A stretch of DNA of 64,000 nucleotides from Candidatus Kuenenia stuttgartensis (GTDB taxonomy: Bacteria; Planctomycetota; GCA-002687715; CAIWVZ01): the NCBI GenBank assembly GCA_945860915.1, contig CAMARR010000011.1, positions 1,394-65,393 on the forward strand, read 5' to 3'. The notes under the pieces are model-generated. The model made no database searches. It saw nothing but the letters and a program-made list of their open reading frames with translations, and was not told the DNA's origin. Positions 54,669-62,364 of the stretch are shown here, piece after piece (within the stretch, counting starts at the first letter, position 1; every line of letters begins with the position of its first letter). The position numbers and the translations under genes are program-made.

Positions 54669-55301
54669 TTGCCGACCGAGACTCAACCTCATCACACCGA
54701 GACTGCCTTGAACTCAGCCATTGAATCCATCGAAGCCGCCGTTGCCCAAGCCAAGATCGACACCAAAGCCGCCGGCTGGCGTGACCGCGTCGGAACATTC
54801 CCCAAAACCTCATTTGCCGGGTCGGGCCCGATCCACTGGAAGCTCGAAACGAGCGCCGGCGACATCACATTCCGATTGATGCACGAGATCGCCCCGAATC
54901 ACGCGGCCAGCACGATCTGGCTTACGAAGCTCGGCTTCTTCGACGGCTTGTCGTTCCATCGCATCATCCGCGGCTTCATGGCCCAGGGCGGATGTCCGCG
55001 CGGCGACGGCCGCGGCGGCCCGGCCTATAAGTATGCGGGCGAGTTTGCACCGAAGGTCTCCCACACCAAGCAAGGGCTCCTGTCGATGGCGAACGCCGGC
55101 CCCGGGACCGACGGTTCTCAGTTCTTCATCACCTTCGTGCCCACCGAGTACCTCGATGGCAAGCACACGATTTTCGGCGAGATGATCGAAGAGCCATCGA
55201 ACGTCGCGACGCTTCTCGCACTCGAAGCGGTTCCGACCGGAGCTCAGGATCGCCCGAAGACTCCAGTCCTCATCAAGAAGGCGACGATCATCGCATCATG
55301 A
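54669..55301 (+). CDS. cytoplasmic cyclophilin-type peptidyl-prolyl isomerase
   Basis: [31 protein letters not shown] and TIFGEM. No signal peptide. TTG start at 54669. Confidence 0.85.
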   Translation: MPTETQPHHTETALNSAIESIEAAVAQAKIDTKAAGWRDRVGTFPKTSFAGSGPIHWKLETSAGDITFRLMHEIAPNHAASTIWLTKLGFFDGLSFHRIIRGFMAQGGCPRGDGRGGPAYKYAGEFAPKVSHTKQGLLSMANAGPGTDGSQFFITFVPTEYLDGKHTIFGEMIEEPSNVATLLALEAVPTGAQDRPKTPVLIKKATIIAS

Positions 55302-56185
55302 CGTTCTCCCCGCGCACCGAAGGGGCGAACCCTCGCTCCAAGGACCTCGATCTTCTCAGCACGGAAGCAATGCTCCGCGTGATGAACGATGAAGACCGCC
55401 GCGTCGCAGACGCGGTGGCCGAGGTCATCCCTGCCGTTGCGAGAGCTGTCGATGCGATCGCCGCGCGTATGGAGAGCGGGGGGCACTATCACCTTTTCGG
55501 TGCAGGGACCTCAGGGCGATTGGCGGTGCTTGACGCCGCTGAATGCCCTCCGACCTTTGGGACTCCGCACGACTGGGTCGTCGCCCATCTCGCCGGAGGG
55601 CAAAGTGCGATGTTTGTCGCTGCGGAAGGCGCGGAAGATTCCGAGGGCCTTGGAGCAGAGGACGTCGCGGCAGCCCGAATCACCCCGAAGGACGCCGTCA
55701 TCGCGGTCGCCGCGAGCGGACGCACGCCCTATGCGATCGGCGTCCTGCGCTCCGCGCGAAAGTGCGGAGCCTTTACCGTTGCGCTTGTCTGCAATCGTCC
55801 AACTCCGATGCACGACGAGGCCGAGTTGGTCATTGACCCCGCAGTCGGTGAGGAAGTCTTGTCAGGCTCGACACGCCTCAAGTCCGGAACGGCCCAGAAG
55901 CTTGTCCTCAACATGATCTCGACCGGAGTCATGATTCGACTCGGTCGCACCTATGGAAACCTGATGGTGGGGGTGCAATCGACCAACGAGAAGCTCCGCG
56001 CCCGCGCCGTGAGACTCGTGGAGACAATCACTGGCCCAAACTCTGGCATTCCAGAGGCACTTGCTGCGTCTGGCCACGATGTCCGCGTGGCCTGCATCAT
56101 GATCAAGCTGAAGGTCTCGGCCGCAGACGGCAAGGCGCGCCTCGACGCTGCCCGAGGATCGCTACGCCGGGCGCTCGACTCCTAG
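55298..56185 (+). CDS. murQ: N-acetylmuramic acid 6-phosphate etherase
   Basis: LSTEAMLRVMNDEDRRV, LFGAGTSGRLAVLDAAECPPTFG and SGSTRLKSGTAQKLVLNMIST match the MurQ SIS domain. ATGA overlap with the upstream gene. Confidence 0.85.
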   Translation: MTFSPRTEGANPRSKDLDLLSTEAMLRVMNDEDRRVADAVAEVIPAVARAVDAIAARMESGGHYHLFGAGTSGRLAVLDAAECPPTFGTPHDWVVAHLAGGQSAMFVAAEGAEDSEGLGAEDVAAARITPKDAVIAVAASGRTPYAIGVLRSARKCGAFTVALVCNRPTPMHDEAELVIDPAVGEEVLSGSTRLKSGTAQKLVLNMISTGVMIRLGRTYGNLMVGVQSTNEKLRARAVRLVETITGPNSGIPEALAASGHDVRVACIMIKLKVSAADGKARLDAARGSLRRALDS

Positions 56186-56280
56186 AGGATCGCTTTGACC
56201 AGAATTCCAGAGCAGTTCTCGCGCACGCCGGCTCGAGATTTCATTGACATCGTGCAACGCGCCGCGATTAGAATGGGACC

Positions 56281-57393
56281 ATGCGTCAGATCACGTTCGT
56301 CATTGCCCTAAGTGTCGCCATGGCAGTGCAGGCGCCGGCGCAATCGCAAAAGTCGCTCTCTGTGTGGCAACTACCTTCCGGCGAATGCCACGAAGGGCGC
56401 CTTCTCAAGCGCGACCGAGAAACCGTAATCGTCACAGCGCTCGGTGAACTGGTTCTGGCCACTCCCGGGAGACCCGTCCCTTTCAATGCCAAGGCCAACG
56501 CGGATCTTGTCGCGCAGGCCGCGTTCGCTCTTCACCCTCGCCACGTCAGCGCTCATGTGGCGATCGCCCAGATGGCGGCCGCTTCAGGTCTTTGGGGCGC
56601 CGTTCGCAAGCACCTCGATGCGGCGCTCGCCATCGACCCCTTCCATGTCGAAGGCCGCGCCATGGCCGCTTCACTCGGTCGCAGGTTTCGCCTCACGGAT
56701 TATGACGTCCCGGGCGCCAATCAGTCGAAAGCTGCCGAAGCGCTTTTCGACGATGTTGCCAAGACCGCAGTTGGTGTGGCGCTCGCCGAAGGACGACTTG
56801 ATGACGTAGACATCGCTCTCCGTCTTCAGTTCGGGCAACGATTTCTTCGTCGCGGGAACGCGCATCAGCGACTGCTTGCAGCAAAGACCCTTGGCGGTTG
56901 CCTACAAGAGTCAACACGCATTAAGCCTCTTTATGAGGCGACACTTCTCGATTCGGCTCCCTCCGTAAGACGCGCGTGTGCGAGAAGCTTGGGCCTTGCA
57001 GGAGACCCCGCGATGGCGCGCGTCTTCGCGCGGTCACTCGCAAGCCCCCACCAAGCGATTCGACTGGCGACAGTAGAGGCCATCGCAGAGATGGGATTCC
57101 GTGAAGGTGCTCCGTACTTGGCGCGAGCTCTTGCCGGAGAACCCGCTGTCCCCCGAGCGCACATTGCCGTGACGAAGCAATCGGCGATGGTTACTGACTA
57201 CGATGTCGAAGTGGCCGCTAATGCCGTGATTGCGAAGCCTATCGTCACCGTCGTCAACGAAGGGGTGATCCTCGACGTCGCGATCATCTCCATCAGCGAG
57301 GAACGAGTTCGGATCGTCACCGCATTACGAAAACTGACGGGACTAGATCTTCCGGTGGACGCTAAGGCGTGGAAAGCTGCGGTCGGGAGCTAG
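56281..57393 (+). CDS. secreted HEAT-repeat protein
   Basis: Signal peptide MRQITFVIALSVAMAVQAPAQS. HEAT-like repeats (DSAPSVRRACARSLGLAGDPA, PHQAIRLATVEAIAEMG). Confidence 0.6.
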   Translation: MRQITFVIALSVAMAVQAPAQSQKSLSVWQLPSGECHEGRLLKRDRETVIVTALGELVLATPGRPVPFNAKANADLVAQAAFALHPRHVSAHVAIAQMAAASGLWGAVRKHLDAALAIDPFHVEGRAMAASLGRRFRLTDYDVPGANQSKAAEALFDDVAKTAVGVALAEGRLDDVDIALRLQFGQRFLRRGNAHQRLLAAKTLGGCLQESTRIKPLYEATLLDSAPSVRRACARSLGLAGDPAMARVFARSLASPHQAIRLATVEAIAEMGFREGAPYLARALAGEPAVPRAHIAVTKQSAMVTDYDVEVAANAVIAKPIVTVVNEGVILDVAIISISEERVRIVTALRKLTGLDLPVDAKAWKAAVGS

Positions 57394-58121
57394 TCGAACA
57401 CGCTACGCCACCGCCCGTCAAACCGACCGACCGGCTCGATTCCTTTCACGACACCCGCGCTTTCCCAACGCGGAGGTATCGCATCGCGGCGCAACACGGA
57501 TGCGTCGCACGGCGAATCGGCCCACACAGGATGTCGCCAACCAAATCGGCGAATGAGCGGCGTGGGATCCATCGGATTGGGAGGCTCGCCAGGCATCAGG
57601 ACGCCGATGCCGAAATGCAACACGACGATCGGGTGCTTGCGACTATACCGAGTTGTTTCCCCAAGTACCTGCCCCTGCCTCACCCGAGTACCGGCCTTAA
57701 CACACGGCGAGAAGTCTGTGAGGTGCACATAGACACGTGTCTTCTTTGTATCGCCGATGGCCAGGACGACCGCGCCCGGTCCAGGCTCTGGATCGGCACC
57801 GACGCCCGCCTCTTCAATCACACCGCTGACAGGCGCGCGCACAGGCAGCCCTTCCGGCAACGGAACGATTGCAAGCTGTCGTCCCCATGGCATTACAAAA
57901 AACGCAAGGTCTGCCCCTGAGTGCGAAGAGCCTCGGTCTCCTTGTTGCCAATAAGCATCACGCGTGCCGCGAACCCAGTCGAACGCATGGCCCTGACGCC
58001 AGAGTTGGGGCGTGCCGAATGCTGCGCCGTTGGGGATGAGGACCGTTGAACCACTCGGCAAATCGGTCGATGCAATCGGTGGCGAAGACCGGAGGAACAG
58101 CCGCTCAAGTGCGTCAGCCAC
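57390..58121 (-). CDS. M23/LytM-like domain protein, second His motif degenerate
   Basis: HSGADL (HxxxD), PVRAPVSGVI and VYVHLTDFS..VKAGTRVRQGQVLGE follow M23 topology, but LHFGI replaces HLHFE. GTG at 58121 overlaps the desaturase stop by 8 nt. Confidence 0.5.
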   Translation of the reverse strand: MADALERLFLRSSPPIASTDLPSGSTVLIPNGAAFGTPQLWRQGHAFDWVRGTRDAYWQQGDRGSSHSGADLAFFVMPWGRQLAIVPLPEGLPVRAPVSGVIEEAGVGADPEPGPGAVVLAIGDTKKTRVYVHLTDFSPCVKAGTRVRQGQVLGETTRYSRKHPIVVLHFGIGVLMPGEPPNPMDPTPLIRRFGWRHPVWADSPCDASVLRRDAIPPRWESAGVVKGIEPVGRFDGRWRSVFD

Positions 58122-59163
58122 GATTAGGTGCCCCGCCGGCGCTACGCCAGACGTCAGCGAGTGAAGCCCACAGGCTTGGTGAGAGCGTGCGACGGTAGAC
58201 GGTCGAGGCGGGCAGCGCGGCAATCAACCGACGGTGGGCCTTGCCAAGGTTGTGGTACGGGACATCAGGCAGAAAGTGATGAAGTCCGTGCCAGCGAAGA
58301 CCCACGGGTGCCCAGAGTTCCGTCCACCAGGCGCCGGGTGTGTTGACCGAATCCGCCAGCTGACCCTGCACGTCCATCTCCGCACCCGCATTGCGATATC
58401 GGTGCGCGGCGAGTGTTCGAAGGTTGTTCACATGCGCGACGCACGCCGAAACGATGTACCACTGAATCAGAACCTGGATGGGAAGTCGGTCGAACGCGAC
58501 GGACGCCACAAGAGCAATAGCCACCAATGAGGCAAGCGTCTCGGTCCAGATCCACCGAATGCGCAGGCTGTCCTTCGGCGGATCCCGGCGGTAGGCCAAG
58601 TTGATCGCGAGGGTCGACGCGCTCGACACGATCATCGCGCGAAACCGCGACCCGAGGAGCACTGAGAGAGGTGCAAGCACCAAGAAGCGCGCGAAAAGCG
58701 CGACCGGCGCAATGAAGGGTTCGATCAGCGCACGGATGATCTTGGTGCGAGGAGGCACGCCATAGGGCACATACTCCGGATCGTGAATGGTCCCGTAGAT
58801 GGTGCGTCGGTGATGGTCAAGGTGGGTCCCGTGGTACATGAATGACGGAAGCGCCAGCGGAATCCCCACAACTAGATCCCAAGCGACGTTGAAGCCGGGC
58901 AAGGCGCCCTTCGCTAAATGAGTGAGTTCGTGAACGAACAGGATCGCCCGATAGAGGGTAAGTGTCGCGACTAAAGTCAAAGCTAGGTAGGCGGGAGACC
59001 ACATCGGCACCGTGAGGGCAAAAACGAACGCAGTCCACCCGACCACCGCAGATCCCATGGCGTCGATCCAATAAAGGCCCGCATTCGGAGCGAAGAGATC
59101 GCGACAGATCTCCCGCGCCTCTTTCATCGGGACGGGGTCAACCAGATGGGATGGGACAGTCAC
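58114..59163 (-). CDS. membrane fatty-acid desaturase family protein
   Basis: Three His boxes (HELTH, HLDHH, HGLHH) with hydrophobic spans between them. Confidence 0.8.
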   Translation of the reverse strand: MTVPSHLVDPVPMKEAREICRDLFAPNAGLYWIDAMGSAVVGWTAFVFALTVPMWSPAYLALTLVATLTLYRAILFVHELTHLAKGALPGFNVAWDLVVGIPLALPSFMYHGTHLDHHRRTIYGTIHDPEYVPYGVPPRTKIIRALIEPFIAPVALFARFLVLAPLSVLLGSRFRAMIVSSASTLAINLAYRRDPPKDSLRIRWIWTETLASLVAIALVASVAFDRLPIQVLIQWYIVSACVAHVNNLRTLAAHRYRNAGAEMDVQGQLADSVNTPGAWWTELWAPVGLRWHGLHHFLPDVPYHNLGKAHRRLIAALPASTVYRRTLSPSLWASLADVWRSAGGAPNRG

Positions 59164-59214
59164 GCCCGAAAACCTACCAACCCCGCGAAGGGTCGGAACA
59201 CCGGATCGCGACGA

Positions 59215-59397
59215 TTAGCGACGCGGCGGAAGGCGTCGGACCGGAACTGGGACCGGAATCGGGGCGGGCTCGGCGCCGATAGCCCTACGGACTGCCGCCC
59301 AGGCACGGCGGATGACTTCGAGGATGCCTGAAAGCGCCAGGCCCTCGCGTTGGTCCGCGAGGTGTTTTGCGATTCGACTGGGATGGAAGATGAACAT
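59215..59397 (-). CDS. possible small protein (60 aa), uncertain
   Basis: ATG ORF with moderately high GC3 located between thiI and the desaturase. No motif. Competing ORF 59160..59411 lies in another frame. Confidence 0.2.
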   Translation of the reverse strand: MFIFHPSRIAKHLADQREGLALSGILEVIRRAWAAVRRAIGAEPAPIPVPVPVRRLPPRR

Positions 59398-59481
59398 GGG
59401 GGCCTAACCAAAGATCGGCAAGTTGCGCCTCACCCTTCATACGAGCGAGTCCGCAATTCGACGCCGTGGAACCCCAAGAAA

Positions 59482-60687
59482 CTATTTTGGTGGCTTGGTG
59501 GGGCTTGGATCTTCGAATCGTACCCGGAAGGGGATCGACGATTCCACCGCTTGTTGCGTCATTTCCGCCACCGGAAGGGCGCTCTCGCAGGCAGCGATCT
59601 CCGCCAAGGTGGCTGCAGCGGTGGGATTACGTGGGGCTAGAAGCGAGCAGCAGTCGTCTCCCTCCTCCTCGGAAATTGCCAAAGTCCCGATTTGGCGCGC
59701 TCGGCGGATGATCTCCGCCTTCCCCATCCCTACTAGCGGGCGGAGGATAGGAAGCGCCGAGGCGCCATCTGTCGCCGCAAGGTTCGTGACCGTCTGCGAC
59801 GACACTTGCGCCAGCGCGTCGCCGGTGATGAGCGCCTGTGCCTTGTGGGGTGCGCCAAGGGCACAAGCGATTCGCATCATGAATCGTCGGGTCAGGATCG
59901 TTCGCAGCGGGGCGCTGCCGTGCTCGACAAGCACTCGGTGAACGGAGTCCGCCAAGGGGACCATGAGCCCCAAGATCGTGGGCTGCCAACGGGTCAGTCC
60001 GTGCGCCAACCGATACACCTTTGTCAGAGCTTCTTCCGTGGTGTAAGGCCGCGCGTGGAAATGCACGACTCCGACGCGCATCCCGCGCGACATCATCATC
60101 CACGCCGCAACGGGTGAGTCGATCCCGCCAGAGAGCAAGGCGACGCCGAAGCCAGAAGTGCCATAGGGCAAACCACCGGGGCCTTCAATCCGCTGCGAGA
60201 GCACAAAGGCACGCCCAGCAGCAAGTTCAATTATCAGCGTGTAATCAGGTGCATCGAGGTCTACTGCCCACCCGGTTGCGACTGCGATTACTGATCCCAC
60301 TTCGACTTCGAGCGAACGCGTGCGATGAACACGACGATCGTTCCCGCGCACGCGGACGCGGAATGTAGAAATCGAATGTGACGACTTCGCCCGAAGCGCT
60401 AGTGCAACAGCGGCATTGACTATAAGCAATGTCTCGGTGGCAACCTCGACGCCGACCAGCAGGTGATGAACGCCGAAAATTCTTGAGAGCCGCTCCACGA
60501 GCACATCGACTGGGATGTTGCTTCGGCCGGGCGCCACGACGAATCGGCCGTGCACCGCGTTGATCTGCACGGGCCCCAAGTCGCGCATGGCGGTCTGAAC
60601 TGCGTAGACGAGATTCCGTTCGTAATAGGGACGGCGCCCTTGTTTCAGAGCAAGTTCGTCAAAATGGACCACGATGACGTCTGGCAT
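59482..60687 (-). CDS. thiI: tRNA 4-thiouridine synthase ThiI (no rhodanese domain)
   Basis: ATG at 60687. THUMP region followed by PP-loop LLSGGIDSPVAAW. Confidence 0.85.
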   Translation of the reverse strand: MPDVIVVHFDELALKQGRRPYYERNLVYAVQTAMRDLGPVQINAVHGRFVVAPGRSNIPVDVLVERLSRIFGVHHLLVGVEVATETLLIVNAAVALALRAKSSHSISTFRVRVRGNDRRVHRTRSLEVEVGSVIAVATGWAVDLDAPDYTLIIELAAGRAFVLSQRIEGPGGLPYGTSGFGVALLSGGIDSPVAAWMMMSRGMRVGVVHFHARPYTTEEALTKVYRLAHGLTRWQPTILGLMVPLADSVHRVLVEHGSAPLRTILTRRFMMRIACALGAPHKAQALITGDALAQVSSQTVTNLAATDGASALPILRPLVGMGKAEIIRRARQIGTLAISEEEGDDCCSLLAPRNPTAAATLAEIAACESALPVAEMTQQAVESSIPFRVRFEDPSPTKPPK

Positions 60688-60818
60688 GGCTAGGGGGGCC
60701 TTGAAACCCGCAAGTCCCAACTCAGGAAAAACTTAGGAACGCTGTTTTTAAGAACTGCATCATAAGTCCATACCGCATCTATACCTATGACCCATTTTCT
60801 AAAAGCACCCCTTGTGGA

Positions 60819-60848
60819 TTGGACAAACCGCGTTTTTCCCCTTATTCT
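60819..60848 (+). promoter_or_regulatory. candidate sigma70-type promoter (TTGGAC-17/18 nt-TTATTCT) upstream of the sigma-factor gene
   Basis: Read directly in the AT-richer divergent thiI/sigma intergenic region. The -10 element is weak. Confidence 0.25.
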
Positions 60849-60983
60849 GAGCGACGTGGTTGGGGCTAGACTCCTCGTAGGAATGATCCTGCGGGAACGT
60901 CACACCTTCGCCGCGCAAGAGCGATTCAACGGTACTTGGCGCGCCTAGACAAGTATCACACCGTCGATCGCTGGCACCACGTC

Positions 60984-62294
60984 ATGAAACTCAAGGACAA
61001 GAAAGCCGACGTCGAGTTGTTGGACGAAGATCCAATTCTCATCGACAAGGACGAACTCGCGGTCGAAGAACCCCTCCTCCGGGTGGTGACTCCGATCAAG
61101 CCGGAGGCCGTCCAGTCGGCGCAGCCCGATGATCCACTCGGGATCTACCTGCGTGACGTCGGGCAGCACAACCTGCTCGAACCCGAAGAGGAGCAGATTC
61201 TCCTCGGCGATCTCATCTTCGCACGCAACCGCTGGATTGCGACCTTCCTCGGAACCGAGGCCGGACTCGAAGCGGTTTGGGAAGACTTGGGCAAGTGGAA
61301 GAAAGGCGAGATGGCCGCACGGTCGCTCGTTCCAGGCCCCCCGAAGCCCAAGCCAGGTCGCGATGGTGACGACAATCACGTCGCGCGCCTGCATGACATC
61401 TTCGCCAAGCACGTTTCACGCAACAAACGCAGCCCATTCAAACCTGTGCGTGGTCGGAATACTGGGCTCCTCGTCGGAGCCCTTCTGTTTGTCGGCCTTC
61501 GCCCGGGTCCGCTCAAGCGCTACAGCGCCGCAGCGGTCTCCGCCAGCAAACTGCTGCGGGATCAGATTGAGAAGGTCAAGGACAACTTCGTCGCGGCGCG
61601 TCGCCCGCTCATCGAACGCAACTTGCGTTTGGTGTTGTCGGTGGCTCGCAAGTTTGACGGTGGCCCACTCGCTTACAGCGAACTCATCCAAGAGGGAAAC
61701 CTCGGTCTCATTCGTGCGACCGAATCGTTCTCTGCGCGCTTCGGCGTGCGCTTCTCAACGTACGCCTACCTCTGGATTCGCCAGGCCATCTTGCGAGCCC
61801 TTGAAGACAAGAGCCGCACGATCCGACTTCCAGTCAACGTTACCCAAAGCCTCCGCAAGGCGGCCAAGGAAGACCCAGACGGTTTCGAAGATCCGCGCAC
61901 CATTGAAGACGAGGGCAAGCGCCATCGGCTCAATGACATGCTGTCGAATCCTTCGGTCGCCCGCCCTGTCTTGTCGCTGGACTACGGCCCCGAAGATGAG
62001 AGCCGCCTCGGCGACCTAGTCGGTGACGCCTCCACCCCACGCCCCGATCACGAAGTCATCCGTGATGACATCCGCAATCTGGTGCGTGTCAGCCTGAAGG
62101 TCCTTCCGGACCGTCATCGCTTGGTGTTGCGCCTGCGCTTTGGCATCGACTGCAATCGCCCGCACACGTTGGCCGAAATCGGCAAGATGCTCCGCGTTTC
62201 CGCGGAACGCATCCGCCAGATCGAGGCCTCGGCGTTCGAGCGTCTGCGCCGCGGCCCTGACGGCACAACTCTGAAAGACATGGTCGACGACTGA
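60984..62294 (+). CDS. RpoD-family (sigma-70) sigma factor with a ~100-130 aa insertion between regions 1.2 and 2.1
   Basis: IYLRDVGQHNLL (region 1.2), NLRLVLSVARKF, ELIQEGNLGLIRATESF, FSTYAYLWIRQAILRAL, and region 4.2 TLAEIGKMLRVSAERIRQIEASAFERLR. Alternative TTG start at 60936. Confidence 0.85.
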   Translation: MKLKDKKADVELLDEDPILIDKDELAVEEPLLRVVTPIKPEAVQSAQPDDPLGIYLRDVGQHNLLEPEEEQILLGDLIFARNRWIATFLGTEAGLEAVWEDLGKWKKGEMAARSLVPGPPKPKPGRDGDDNHVARLHDIFAKHVSRNKRSPFKPVRGRNTGLLVGALLFVGLRPGPLKRYSAAAVSASKLLRDQIEKVKDNFVAARRPLIERNLRLVLSVARKFDGGPLAYSELIQEGNLGLIRATESFSARFGVRFSTYAYLWIRQAILRALEDKSRTIRLPVNVTQSLRKAAKEDPDGFEDPRTIEDEGKRHRLNDMLSNPSVARPVLSLDYGPEDESRLGDLVGDASTPRPDHEVIRDDIRNLVRVSLKVLPDRHRLVLRLRFGIDCNRPHTLAEIGKMLRVSAERIRQIEASAFERLRRGPDGTTLKDMVDD

Positions 62295-62320
62295 GTCGGC
62301 GACTTCTCACCTAAAGAAAA

Positions 62321-62350
62321 CCCCGACACGAGACGTGCCGGGGTTTTTTG
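62321..62350 (+). terminator. Rho-independent terminator after the sigma-factor gene
   Basis: CCCCGACAC-GAGAC-GTGCCGGGG hairpin followed by TTTTTTG, starting 27 nt after the stop. Confidence 0.7.
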
Positions 62351-62364
62351 TTGAAGATGACTCC

